Shown here: positions 8,215 through 17,537 of the stretch, piece by piece
How the letters are laid out: the number at the start of each line of letters is the position of its first letter
Numbering within the stretch: the stretch's first letter is position 1
Assembly: GCA_052387775.1 (NCBI GenBank)
Contig: JBQTIV010000071.1
Span: forward strand, 1 to 53,734
Source of the DNA: Betaproteobacteria bacterium
GTDB lineage: Bacteria > Pseudomonadota > Gammaproteobacteria > Burkholderiales > JACQAP01
Direction: 5' to 3'
DNA: 53,734 bases
Program-made: the position numbers and the translations under genes
The notes under the pieces: generated by a model
Told to the model about the DNA's origin: nothing
Database searches by the model: none
The model's input: only the letters and a program-made list of their open reading frames with translations

Positions 8215-8418
8215 GTGATTGCACTCACCGTCAACGGCCAATCGCGGTCGTTCCCAGGCCCCTTGAACGCTACCCGCCTCATCGAAGAACTGGAACTCAA
8301 GGGCAAGCGTATCGCGCTGGAACGCAACGGCGAAATCGTCCCACGCAGCCAGTTCGACCAGGTGGCGCTTGCGGACGGCGACGCGCTCGAAATCGTCGTG
8401 GCGGTTGGAGGGGGATAA
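8215..8418 (+). CDS. thiS: Thiamine biosynthesis sulfur carrier ThiS
   Basis: GTG start; VNG...NGEIVPRS...EIVVAVGGG C-terminus; upstream of thiG. Confidence 0.93.
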   Translation: MIALTVNGQSRSFPGPLNATRLIEELELKGKRIALERNGEIVPRSQFDQVALADGDALEIVVAVGGG

Positions 8419-8423
8419 GAGCG

Positions 8424-8606
8424 GGGAATGGGTGATGAGTGATGTGAATGGTGAATCGTGAATCGGAAATCGTGGATGGGTGTTTAGTGATGAGTGATGA
8501 GTGATGAGTGATAGGCAACGACTGATGAACAATGAGCGATGGGTTAAACCCAATCCTCAATCCTCGATCCTCAATCACCATCACCCATCACTCATTGCTC
8601 ATCACC
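8424..8606. repeat. Inverted pair of heptamer arrays (GTGATGA/GTGAATC ... TCAYCAC) enclosing an AATCCTC array
   Basis: Fills the thiS-thiG intergenic gap. Confidence 0.8.
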
Positions 8607-8614
8607 GAATTTAA

Positions 8615-9418
8615 ATGGATCAACTCGTAATAGCAGGAAAATCCTACTCGTCGCGGCTGCTGGTCGGCACCGGCAAGTATCAGGACTTCGCACAGACGCG
8701 CGCGGCGGTCGAGGCGAGCGGCGCGCAGATCGTCACCGTGGCGATCCGCCGCACCAACATCGGCCAGAACCCGAACGAACCGAATCTGCTCGATGCGCTG
8801 CCGCCGTCGCGCTACACCATCCTGCCGCACACCGCCGGTTGTTTCAGCGCGCAGGACGCGGTACGCACGCTGCGCCTGGCGCGCGAACTGCTCGATGGCC
8901 ACGAGCTGGTGAAGCTCGAGGTGCTGGGCGACCCGCACACGCTGTATCCCAACATGGTCGAGACGCTGGCCGCCGCCGAAACACTGGTGAAGGAAGGCTT
9001 CAAGGTGATGGTGTACACCTCCGATGATCCGATCCTCGCCAAGCGGCTCGAGGAAATCGGCTGCGTCGCGGTGATGCCGCTCGCCTCGCTGATCGGTTCC
9101 GGAATGGGCATCCTCAACCCCTGGAATCTGCAGATCATCCTTGCCAATGCCAAGGTTCCGGTGCTGGTGGACGCCGGCGTAGGCACGGCCTCCGACGCCG
9201 CCATCGCCATGGAACTGGGTTGCGACGGCGTGTTGATGAACACGGCGATCGCCGCCGCAAAGGATCCCGTGATGATGGCCTCGGCGATGAAAAAAGCGGT
9301 CGAGGCCGGACGCGAGGCTTTCCTCGCCGGGCGCATGGCGAAGAAGCTCTACTCCGCGGCGCCCTCCTCTCCGACAAGCGGAGTCATAGGCGCCGCCTCA
9401 AAGAACAAGGCCGCCTGA
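8615..9418 (+). CDS. thiG: Thiazole synthase ThiG
   Basis: [39 protein letters not shown]. Confidence 0.96.
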   Translation: MDQLVIAGKSYSSRLLVGTGKYQDFAQTRAAVEASGAQIVTVAIRRTNIGQNPNEPNLLDALPPSRYTILPHTAGCFSAQDAVRTLRLARELLDGHELVKLEVLGDPHTLYPNMVETLAAAETLVKEGFKVMVYTSDDPILAKRLEEIGCVAVMPLASLIGSGMGILNPWNLQIILANAKVPVLVDAGVGTASDAAIAMELGCDGVLMNTAIAAAKDPVMMASAMKKAVEAGREAFLAGRMAKKLYSAAPSSPTSGVIGAASKNKAA

Positions 9419-9458
9419 TACCTTGTCTCCGCCGTGGCGCGCCGTCACGGCCTCTCAA

Positions 9459-10187
9459 TTGAACGATCCCCACATCCGGCGGCACATCCGCAGCTTCGTG
9501 CTGCGCCAGGGCCGCGTTTCCAATGCGCAGCGCCGCGCCGTGGCGACACTGCTGCCGAAGTTCGGCATCGCCTACGCTGCGGCGCCACTGGACCTGGATG
9601 CGGCGTTCGGCCGCACAGCGCCGAAGATTCTCGAGATCGGCTTCGGCATGGGTGAAACGACCGCACAGATCGCTCTGGCGCATCCGCAGAACGATTATCT
9701 CGGCATCGAAGTGCACACGCCCGGCGTCGGCAGCCTGCTGAGGCTGATCGAGGGTCATGGGCTCACCAACGTGCGCATCATTCAGCACGACGCGGTCGAA
9801 GTGCTGAACCACATGATCGCCCCCGGCAGCTTGAGCGCCATTCACGTTTTCTTTCCCGATCCCTGGCCGAAGAAGCGCCACCACAAACGCCGTCTGATCC
9901 AGCCGCCGTTGGCGCGCCTGTTGGCCGGCCGGCTACGGCCGGGCGGTTATCTGCACGTCGCGACCGACTGGGAGGATTACGCGCTGCAGATGCTCGAGGT
10001 GTTGTCCACCGAAACGATGCTCGAAAACACCGCAGAAGGCTTTGCGCCCCGCCCCGACTACCGCCCGCTCACCAAGTTCGAGACGCGCGGCTTGAAACTC
10101 GGCCTTCGGGTTTGGGACATCGTCTTTCGTCGCCGTGCCGGCGGTGAAGGGCAAGGAGGAAGGGCAAGGATGAAGGCGGAAGGATGA
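9459..10187 (+). CDS. trmB: tRNA (guanine-N7)-methyltransferase TrmB
   Basis: [37 protein letters not shown]. Start uncertain (9423-9459); the C-terminus runs into a GAAGGAT array. Confidence 0.94.
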   Translation: MNDPHIRRHIRSFVLRQGRVSNAQRRAVATLLPKFGIAYAAAPLDLDAAFGRTAPKILEIGFGMGETTAQIALAHPQNDYLGIEVHTPGVGSLLRLIEGHGLTNVRIIQHDAVEVLNHMIAPGSLSAIHVFFPDPWPKKRHHKRRLIQPPLARLLAGRLRPGGYLHVATDWEDYALQMLEVLSTETMLENTAEGFAPRPDYRPLTKFETRGLKLGLRVWDIVFRRRAGGEGQGGRARMKAEG

Positions 10188-10290
10188 AGGATGAAGGAAA
10201 CGAGCGGGCGGTTTGCAGCCAATGCCAACCGATAACTGCCACGCCGGATCCAGTCACTTAGTCACGTAGTTACGTAGTTACGTAGTCACG
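10143..10290. repeat. GAAGGAT heptamer array (10143-10197) and AGTYACGT octamer array (10252-10290) between convergent genes
   Basis: Direct reading; the two arrays are not complementary to each other. Confidence 0.75.
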
Positions 10291-10304
10291 AAACCACTTG
10301 CCAC

Positions 10305-11483
10305 TCAGGACAGCGAGGGAGTCCGGTAGATCGTCTTGCCCTTCACGCGGATTTCCGTGTCCACCAGAAAATTCCTTAGCCCGCCCGCATCGACCTCCAT
10401 CCCCAGTCCCGGTGCGTCCGGTACGCGCACCCGCCCGCCTTCGTCGGGCAATAGATGCGCTCTGGTGATCGCCAGCGCCAAAGCTTTCGGCTCCGCCGGA
10501 TATTCGCAGATCACGTGGTTCTCCAGCCCCGCGTACGGTTGCAGGGAAGCCGAGAGCGCGAGGTGCGAAGTAAATGTGTGGTTAACGTAGGTGACCCCCT
10601 TGGCATTTGCGTAATCCGCCACCTGCTTCGCCACGGAGATGCCGCCGATGCGCCCGGCGTCGATCTGCACGTACTTCAGCCCCGCGTGGTCGATCATGTG
10701 CTTTGCCATATGGAAATTATGCGAACCCTCGCCGCCGGCCATGCCGACCGCCCCGCTTTCCAGGGACAGGGTGCGGTACTCGTCAAGGGCCCCCGACACG
10801 AACGGTTCTTCCAGCCAGGTTGCGCGGGCCCGTTTCAGCGAGGCGAGCCGCTTGCGCGCCGCAGCGACATCGGTGTTCCAGACGGTGCCGGCATCCACCA
10901 GCAGGATGCCGTCCTCTCCGAGACCCTCGCGCGCTGCGGCGACCTGGTCCTCGTCTTCCTGCACCGTGCCGCGACCATAGCGCCCCCAACCGAACTTGGC
11001 GGCGCGAAAGCCCTTCGCGCGCGCGGCGCGCGCCTTTGCGCACGTCTCCTCCGGCGTGTTGCCGAACAACACCGAAAAGTAAGGCGTCTTGGCAAATACC
11101 CTGGGCCATCCCAACAGCTTCCAGGCCGGCTCGCCGAGCTTCTTGCCGAGCAGGTCCCACAGCGCCAAGTCGATACCGGAGAGTGTATGGTCGGCCTGAA
11201 GCAAATCCAGACTGTTGGCGCGCACCCGATCGCCGATCTTGCGAATATCATCGGGCGTGTCGCAAATGGCTCCGAGCACCGAGGCCTGTACCGGCTTGCA
11301 GGCGGAGTGTGACATCGGGCACACCAGGCTCGCGATGGACGGCAGTGGCGCCGCCTCGCATTCACCCCAGCCGATTTGATCACCCGCCACGACCCTGACC
11401 AGCAGGGCATCCTGGCTGCCGTCGCCAATGTCCAGCACCTCCGGCATGGACAGGTAGAAAAAGTCCACGGCTTCGATTCTCAC
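10305..11483 (-). CDS. Mandelate racemase/muconate lactonizing enzyme family protein
   Basis: GWGE, SGIDLALWDLLGK, metal ligands VDAG/WLEEP/GGE, VNHT. Confidence 0.9.
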   Translation of the reverse strand: MRIEAVDFFYLSMPEVLDIGDGSQDALLVRVVAGDQIGWGECEAAPLPSIASLVCPMSHSACKPVQASVLGAICDTPDDIRKIGDRVRANSLDLLQADHTLSGIDLALWDLLGKKLGEPAWKLLGWPRVFAKTPYFSVLFGNTPEETCAKARAARAKGFRAAKFGWGRYGRGTVQEDEDQVAAAREGLGEDGILLVDAGTVWNTDVAAARKRLASLKRARATWLEEPFVSGALDEYRTLSLESGAVGMAGGEGSHNFHMAKHMIDHAGLKYVQIDAGRIGGISVAKQVADYANAKGVTYVNHTFTSHLALSASLQPYAGLENHVICEYPAEPKALALAITRAHLLPDEGGRVRVPDAPGLGMEVDAGGLRNFLVDTEIRVKGKTIYRTPSLS

Positions 11484-11504
11484 GGTCCCCTCCGTTTGTT
11501 CTTT

Positions 11505-12743
11505 TCAGCCGGCGTCCAGAAAAATCTGCAGCAGGTCGTTAAGAAACCGCTGCCCCCGCAGAGTCGGCCGCACGCGCAGGTGATCGCGCTCGATCAAGCC
11601 CGATCGCTCCGCGGCGTCCAGCGGTTTGCGCAACGCATGGACGCGCACGCCGGTGCGTTCCGCGAACAGGCGCAGTTCGACGCCATCGATGAGCCGCAGC
11701 GCATTCATCATGAACTCGAACGGGAGCTCATCGGCCACAAGCCGCTGCTCCTGCAGGAGCGGCACCCCGGCGGCGATCTTTTCCAGGTAGTCGCGCGGAT
11801 GCTTCGCTCGCGTCTGGCGCACGATGCGGTCGGCGAACGAGAGCTTGCTGTGCGCACCGGCGCCGATGCCGAGGTAGTCGCCGAAGGTCCAGTAGTTGAG
11901 GTTGTGACGCGCCTCGCGACCGGGCCGCGCGAACGCGGAAGTTTCGTAGTGCCGGTAGCCTGCGGAGGCCAGTCGCGCTTCGATTGCTTCCTGCATGTCG
12001 GCGGCCACGTCGTCGTCCGGGAGCTGCGGCGGATGGCGATAAAAAAAGGTATTCGGCTCGATGGTGAGGTGATACGCGGAGACATGCTCAGGCCCGAAGC
12101 TGATGGCCGTGTCGATGTCGGCAAGCGCCTGTTCCACGGTCTGGCCCGGCAGCGCGTACATCAGGTCCAGGTTGAAGTTGTCGAAACTTGCCTGTGCGAT
12201 CCCGATCGCGGCGCGCGCCTGCGCGTCATCGTGAATACGTCCGAGCGCTTTTAGATGCACCGGATCGAAACTCTGGATGCCGATCGACAGCCGGTTCACT
12301 CCGGCGGCGCGGAAATCGGCGAATTTCTGCGCCTCGAAGGTCCCGGGGTTCGCCTCCAGAGTGATCTCGGCATCGGGTACGAGCGGGAGCCTTGCCCGGA
12401 TCGCGGAGAGCAGTTCATCCAGCGCATGCGCGGACAGCAGCGAGGGCGTACCGCCGCCGAAGAAAACCGTGTGTACCGGCCGGCCCCACACCTGCGGCAG
12501 CGCCGATTCCAGATCGGCAATGAGGGCCGAGAGATATTGCCTCTCAAGCTCCGGTTCGATACCGACCATCTCCGTCCGCGCCGTCGGTAGAGCGGCGGGG
12601 TGAGGTGGTTTGAGCTCGTGGGAATTGAAGTCGCAATACGGGCACTTGCGCACGCACCACGGGATATGAACGTACAGCGACAGCGGCGGCAGCGCCGCCA
12701 GCGACACGGTCCCGGACGGGGTCGTCAACGGCTGGATCTGCAC
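11505..12743 (-). CDS. hemW: Radical SAM heme chaperone HemW (HemN-like)
   Basis: LSLYVHIPWCVRKCPYCDFNSH, FFGGGTPS, EANPGT, HNLNYW. Start approximate (GTG 12743). Confidence 0.92.
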   Translation of the reverse strand: MQIQPLTTPSGTVSLAALPPLSLYVHIPWCVRKCPYCDFNSHELKPPHPAALPTARTEMVGIEPELERQYLSALIADLESALPQVWGRPVHTVFFGGGTPSLLSAHALDELLSAIRARLPLVPDAEITLEANPGTFEAQKFADFRAAGVNRLSIGIQSFDPVHLKALGRIHDDAQARAAIGIAQASFDNFNLDLMYALPGQTVEQALADIDTAISFGPEHVSAYHLTIEPNTFFYRHPPQLPDDDVAADMQEAIEARLASAGYRHYETSAFARPGREARHNLNYWTFGDYLGIGAGAHSKLSFADRIVRQTRAKHPRDYLEKIAAGVPLLQEQRLVADELPFEFMMNALRLIDGVELRLFAERTGVRVHALRKPLDAAERSGLIERDHLRVRPTLRGQRFLNDLLQIFLDAG

Positions 12744-12781
12744 GCGGGCAACGTCTCGAGATGAGCGCTCGTTCTGCCTTC

Positions 12782-13099
12782 TCAGGGGGCGGCGCGCGAC
12801 CGTTGCAGCAGATCGGCGAGCACCTTTGCCAGCGGCGCGACGACCGCGAACAACGACACAGCACGATAGCCCCAGCGCAGCGCACGGCGTGGCCCGGCCA
12901 CTGCTACCAGACCCAGCACCAGCGCCGCTCGCAACGGCCGCGACTTGACCAGACGGTAAGCGCGCAGCGCCACGTTGGCGAACCACAGTGACGAACGCAG
13001 CGCGGACGCATCGGCGGAAAACCCGGTGCGTTGCGCCGCTGCGCGCTCAATCAATGCTTCGCGCCGGCTCACGATCTGGGCAATTCTCGAGGACATCAT
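12782..13099 (-). CDS. YqjK-like protein
   Basis: RREALIERAAAQR followed by a hydrophobic segment; ATGA overlap with the yqjE-like gene. Confidence 0.7.
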   Translation of the reverse strand: MMSSRIAQIVSRREALIERAAAQRTGFSADASALRSSLWFANVALRAYRLVKSRPLRAALVLGLVAVAGPRRALRWGYRAVSLFAVVAPLAKVLADLLQRSRAAP

Positions 13100-13503
13100 C
13101 GGGAATCGAGCTCTCTGCGATCCTTGGCGAGTTCGTCCAGGCTCGCCTTGAACAACCGCGGCCTGGCTTTCGCTTTTGCAACAAATACCAGCGCGGCAAT
13201 CACCGCCAGCAGAACGAAGGCCGCTGCAAGTCCGGCAGCGGCCAGCACCCGGTTCGAATCCCAGAACAGGACGATGAAAGCGATCGCGGAGAGGATGACG
13301 CCGGTAAACGCGAAGAATAGCGCCACCAGCCCCCACGCCAGCAGCGACACCAGTCGCGCGAACTGCTCCTCGAGTTCGGTGCTTACCAACTCGACACGGG
13401 TCTGCGCGATGCCAAGCAGGGTCGCCAGCATTGCCTTGAGCGAGTCGAACAGGCCGAGGTGCGGACTTTCTTCCGGCGTCTGCGCCGGGTTGTGTTCATC
13501 CAT
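13096..13503 (-). CDS. YqjE-like membrane protein (phage holin family 3_6 annotation)
   Basis: TRVELVSTELEE, two TMs, ELAKDR; follows the DUF883 gene. Confidence 0.85.
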   Translation of the reverse strand: MDEHNPAQTPEESPHLGLFDSLKAMLATLLGIAQTRVELVSTELEEQFARLVSLLAWGLVALFFAFTGVILSAIAFIVLFWDSNRVLAAAGLAAAFVLLAVIAALVFVAKAKARPRLFKASLDELAKDRRELDSR

Positions 13504-13512
13504 GCGCGCGCG

Positions 13513-13818
13513 TCACTTGCGGTTAATGAGAACGCCGATCACGATTCCCACGACTGCGGCGATGCCCACCGCAGACCACGGATTCTCGCGCAGGTATTCG
13601 TCCGCGGCCTGTGCGGCTTCGCGGGTCTGCTGCACGGCCGCTTGCCCGGCTTCGGTGATACGGACCCTGGCCGCGCGGACGGAATCCTCTGCACGCGCCC
13701 TCGCGCTGTTGACGTTTTCTCCCGCCAGACCGGCAGTCGCCTTGAGCAGTTCTTCAGCGTCGGATACCACCAGCCGGAGGTCTTCCATGAGCTTGTCAGT
13801 CGTAATTTCCTTTTTCAT
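13513..13818 (-). CDS. ElaB/YqjD/DUF883 tail-anchored membrane protein
   Basis: DAEELLKATA...YLRENPWSAVGIAAVVGIVIGVLINRK; GGAG RBS before ATG 13818. Confidence 0.9.
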   Translation of the reverse strand: MKKEITTDKLMEDLRLVVSDAEELLKATAGLAGENVNSARARAEDSVRAARVRITEAGQAAVQQTREAAQAADEYLRENPWSAVGIAAVVGIVIGVLINRK

Positions 13819-13932
13819 CGTGGACTCCATGAACTTTTTCACAAACTAGCGTGACACACAATGTATGCGCCTGTCAGGCAGCGCTGCGAAAATATGGTTC
13901 CGCCATGCCGTGCCGGAAAGCGGCGAGAGCCA

Positions 13933-14526
13933 TTACGCGCCCCGCTTCAGCACGTCCACCAGCGCGGCAAGCGCCTTGCCGCGATGGCTGACGCGGTTTT
14001 TTTCCTGCGGCGACAGTTCTGCGCCGGTTTTGCCCAGCAGCGGATCGAAAAACAACGGATCGTAGCCGAAACCACCGCCGCCGCGAGGCTGCCGCAGGAT
14101 TTCGCCCCGCCATTCGCCTTCGGCGAGCAGCGGTTGCGGGTCGTCGCCGTGGCGCATCAGCAGCATCACGCAGTAGTAATGCGCGCGGCGAATGTCCTCG
14201 GCTTCCAGCATTTCGAGCAGTTTGCTGTTATTGCGCGCATCCGATCTTGGCTCGCCGGCATAATGCGCCGAAATCACGCCCGGCGCACCCCCGAGCGCGT
14301 CAACGCAGATGCCGGAATCGTCCGCCAGTGCCGGCAATCCGCTCAGGCGCGCCGCATGGCGTGCCTTGGCAAGCGCGTTCTCGATGAAACTGGGGTGCGG
14401 CTCTTCGGCCTCCGGGATCCGGAACGCCGACTGCGGGATGACCTCCATGCCGAGCGGCGCGAGGATCTGGCCGATTTCTCGCAACTTGCCCGGGTTGTTG
14501 CTTGCTATGACGAGCTTCTTGAACAT
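13933..14526 (-). CDS. rdgB: dITP/XTP pyrophosphatase RdgB
   Basis: ASNNPGK, ENALAKA, ADDSG, GFGYDP, SHRGKA. Confidence 0.95.
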   Translation of the reverse strand: MFKKLVIASNNPGKLREIGQILAPLGMEVIPQSAFRIPEAEEPHPSFIENALAKARHAARLSGLPALADDSGICVDALGGAPGVISAHYAGEPRSDARNNSKLLEMLEAEDIRRAHYYCVMLLMRHGDDPQPLLAEGEWRGEILRQPRGGGGFGYDPLFFDPLLGKTGAELSPQEKNRVSHRGKALAALVDVLKRGA

Positions 14527-14537
14527 CAAACAATCTC

Positions 14538-14695
14538 ACCGCAATGACGCAAAGAACGCAAAGGAAACCGAAGCGAGATATTTCGTTGAGTTGGAGACTT
14601 TCGCAGGCAACGTTCTGGGCAATGTGGATACATCGCACTCAATCCCGTCGCAATTCTTTGCGTGTTTTTCTTCGCGCCCTTTGCGTCTTTGCGGT
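14538..14695. repeat. Inverted 9-mer (ACGCAAAGR) arrays bracketing ~90 bp; MITE-like
   Basis: ACCGCAATGACGCAAAG (14538) is complementary to CTTTGCGTCTTTGCGGT (14679-14695) at 16 of 17 positions; abuts the rph stop. Confidence 0.75.
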
Positions 14696-15417
14696 TAATC
14701 GTTCTTCGCGAGCGCGGAGTGCTGCGCGGCAATGAGCTGGCGGATGCCTGTTTCTGCCAGAGCCAGCATGGCGTCCATTTCCTTGCGCGAAAACGGCGCG
14801 CCTTCTGCGGTGCCCTGCACCTCGACCAGTCCGCCGGCGCCGGTCATCACCACATTCATGTCGGTATCGCTGGCCGAATCTTCAGGGTAATCGAGGTCCA
14901 GCACCGGCACACCCTGAACCATCCCGACCGACACTGCTGCGACGTGGTCCAGGATCGGCGATTCTGCGATCATCCGCCTTGCTTTGAGGTAGCTCGCCGC
15001 ATCAAAGAGCGCGACGAACGCACCGGTTATGCTCGCCGTGCGCGTGCCGCCGTCGGCCTGGATCACGTCGCAGTCGATCTGGATGGTGCGCTCGCCGAGC
15101 AAATCGAGCCTGGTCACCGCGCGCAGGCTGCGCCCGATCAGGCGCTGGATTTCCTGGGTGCGTCCCGACTGCTTGCCGCGCGCCGCCTCGCGCTCGGTCC
15201 GTGTGTTGGTCGAGCGCGGCAGCATGCCGTACTCGGCGGTCAGCCAACCCTGACCCTTGCCCTTCAGGAACGACGGCACTTTGTCGTCGATACTTGCGGT
15301 GCAAATCACCCTGGTGTCACCGCACTCTATCAACACCGAACCTTCGGCGTGGCGGGTATAGCCGCGGGTGATGCTGAGCTTTCTCAATTCGACGGGGGAG
15401 CGTCCGCTGGGGCGCAT
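14695..15417 (-). CDS. rph: Ribonuclease PH
   Basis: [40 protein letters not shown]. Confidence 0.97.
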   Translation of the reverse strand: MRPSGRSPVELRKLSITRGYTRHAEGSVLIECGDTRVICTASIDDKVPSFLKGKGQGWLTAEYGMLPRSTNTRTEREAARGKQSGRTQEIQRLIGRSLRAVTRLDLLGERTIQIDCDVIQADGGTRTASITGAFVALFDAASYLKARRMIAESPILDHVAAVSVGMVQGVPVLDLDYPEDSASDTDMNVVMTGAGGLVEVQGTAEGAPFSRKEMDAMLALAETGIRQLIAAQHSALAKND

Positions 15418-15578
15418 GGCGGCTCTTTCCTGGTATGGGGATACGGGAGCCCGCGAGCGCCTGCGGCGCGCACGCTGCGGGATCGGCCTGTGAGCAATTT
15501 GCCGTTGATTTGTGTGCTATCTTTTCGGCTCGCCAATTCTGGTCAAGTCCGTTCACCTTGTAAAGCGCCAGGACCGCC

Positions 15579-16445
15579 ATGATCTACAGCATGACCGGTT
15601 ATGCCGTCGCTGCGGCCGATTTGCCTTTCGGCGCGCTCAACCTGGAACTACGCTCGGTCAATCACCGCCATCTCGACGTGCTGTTCCGCGTCCCCGACGA
15701 TCTGCGCACCCTTGAAGCGGCACTGCGCGAAAAAATCGGCGGGCGCATCACGCGCGGAAAAGTGGAAGTGCGCATCACCGTCAACAAGACGCCGGCGTCG
15801 CAGTCGGGCCTGCAGATCGACGAGAAGCTGCTTGCCCAACTCGAGAAACTCAATGACGACGTGCTGGCGGTAATGCCGGACAGCGCGCCACTGTCGGTCA
15901 ACGACGTGCTGCGCTGGCCCGGAATGCTGGGAAACGACAGCTTGCAACCGGAGGAGCTGCAGGAAGCCTGCGGGCGGCTGCTGGAGCGGGCACTGGACGA
16001 CCTCACCGCGACCCGCGGGCGCGAAGGCGAAAAAATGAAGAATGTCCTGCTCGAGCGCATCGGCGCGATGGAAACGCTGGTGACGAACATCGAGCCGCGC
16101 ATGCCGCAGTTGATCGCCGGCTACAAGGACAAGCTCACCGCGCGCTTCAGGGAGGCGATGGTGAACATGGACGACGACCGGCTCAAGCAGGAGCTGGTGC
16201 TGTTTGCCTCCAAGATCGACGTCGACGAGGAACTGTCGAGGCTCAGCACCCACTTCGGCGAGATCCGCCGCATCCTCGATAAAGGCGGTGCGGCCGGAAA
16301 GCGATTGGATTTCCTGATGCAGGAACTGAACCGCGAAGCCAACACGCTGGGTTCCAAATCGGTGGACCTCGAAGTCACGCAGACCTCCATGGAGCTCAAG
16401 GTGCTGATCGAGCAGATGCGGGAACAGATTCAGAATATTGAGTGA
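15579..16445 (+). CDS. yicC: YicC/YloC family endoribonuclease
   Basis: MIYSMTGY, RSVNHR, EELSRL, GKRLDFLMQELNREANTLGSK, EQIQNIE. Confidence 0.95.
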   Translation: MIYSMTGYAVAAADLPFGALNLELRSVNHRHLDVLFRVPDDLRTLEAALREKIGGRITRGKVEVRITVNKTPASQSGLQIDEKLLAQLEKLNDDVLAVMPDSAPLSVNDVLRWPGMLGNDSLQPEELQEACGRLLERALDDLTATRGREGEKMKNVLLERIGAMETLVTNIEPRMPQLIAGYKDKLTARFREAMVNMDDDRLKQELVLFASKIDVDEELSRLSTHFGEIRRILDKGGAAGKRLDFLMQELNREANTLGSKSVDLEVTQTSMELKVLIEQMREQIQNIE

Positions 16446-16611
16446 GGCGGGAGCGTTAGGCGTGACGCGTAAGGAGTCAGGAGTGAGGAAAGCTCAGCGC
16501 TCATTCGTCTCAACGCGCGTCCCGGGCTGCGCTTGTGCGATCTCGCTATTGGCGACGCAGCTTCCCGCAGGCCCCCCTCACGCCTCACGCCTCACGCCTC
16601 GCGCCTCACCC
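16442..16611. repeat. Inverted heptamer arrays GTGAGGC ... GCCTCAC
   Basis: The first unit overlaps the yicC stop; the complementary (CCTCACG)n array at 16576-16611 ends just before the gmk ATG. Confidence 0.8.
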
Positions 16612-16613
16612 AC

Positions 16614-17222
16614 ATGACTGGAAACATTTTCATCGTCTGCGCTCCTTCGGGGGCAGGGAAGACTTCCCTGGTCGGCGAATTGCTCGCCCGCAACCCAAAC
16701 CTGCGCCTGTCGGTGTCCTATACGACTCGGGCGCCACGGCCCGGCGAACAGGACGGGCACGACTATCACTTCGTAACCAAGCCGGCATTTCAGGCAATGC
16801 TCGAGCGCGCCGAGTTCCTGGAAAGCGCCGAGGTACACGGCAATCTGTACGGCACTTCGCAGGCCTCGATCGAAGCGCAGCGCGGCCAGGGCCATGACAT
16901 CGTGCTGGAGATCGACTGGCAGGGTGCGCAACAGGTGCGCAAATCGATTCCCGATGCGATCGGCATATTCATCCTGCCGCCTTCGCTGGACGATCTGAGG
17001 CAGCGCATGATGGATCGCCGTCAGGACAGCGACGCCGTCATCAAGCGCCGCCTCAAGGCAGCGCGCGGCGAGATCGCCCATTTGGCGGAATTCGACTATG
17101 TTATTATCAACAACGACTTCGATGACGCTGTGGAAGATCTGGCAAGCATCGTGCGATCGACGCGGTTGCGACTGCCCTTGCAAGCCGCGCGTCACAGCGA
17201 ATTGATCAACAGTTTGAAGTGA
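16614..17222 (+). CDS. gmk: Guanylate kinase
   Basis: [33 protein letters not shown]. Confidence 0.96.
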   Translation: MTGNIFIVCAPSGAGKTSLVGELLARNPNLRLSVSYTTRAPRPGEQDGHDYHFVTKPAFQAMLERAEFLESAEVHGNLYGTSQASIEAQRGQGHDIVLEIDWQGAQQVRKSIPDAIGIFILPPSLDDLRQRMMDRRQDSDAVIKRRLKAARGEIAHLAEFDYVIINNDFDDAVEDLASIVRSTRLRLPLQAARHSELINSLK

Positions 17223-17229
17223 AGGTGTT

Positions 17230-17433
17230 ATGGCGCGTATTACCGTAGAGGACTGTCTGAAGCACATTCCCAATCGCTTCGAGCTCACGCTTGCGGCGAC
17301 CTATCGCGCGCGCCAGCTCGCCACAGGCGCCTCCCCGATGGTGTACACCAACAAGGACAAACCCACCGTCACCGCGTTGCGCGAGATCGCGGCCCAGAAA
17401 GTCGGGGTCGAGAGTCTCAAGTCCAAAGGCTGA
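17230..17433 (+). CDS. rpoZ: RNA polymerase omega subunit
   Basis: [30 protein letters not shown]. Confidence 0.96.
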   Translation: MARITVEDCLKHIPNRFELTLAATYRARQLATGASPMVYTNKDKPTVTALREIAAQKVGVESLKSKG

Positions 17434-17537
17434 CGGCACTGCCGTCCCCCACGATCGCAGGAGGATCAGCCAGGCACACCTCCACCGGTGAGCGCCTGCG
17501 GCCCACCGGTTCCCGGCTGACTCCCCCAGCGCTGACC

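Noticed and set aside
13096-13503. Holin-family gene as evidence of a prophage
   Set aside because: It is the yqjE-like member of a chromosomal yqjD/E/K cluster; no phage genes are nearby.
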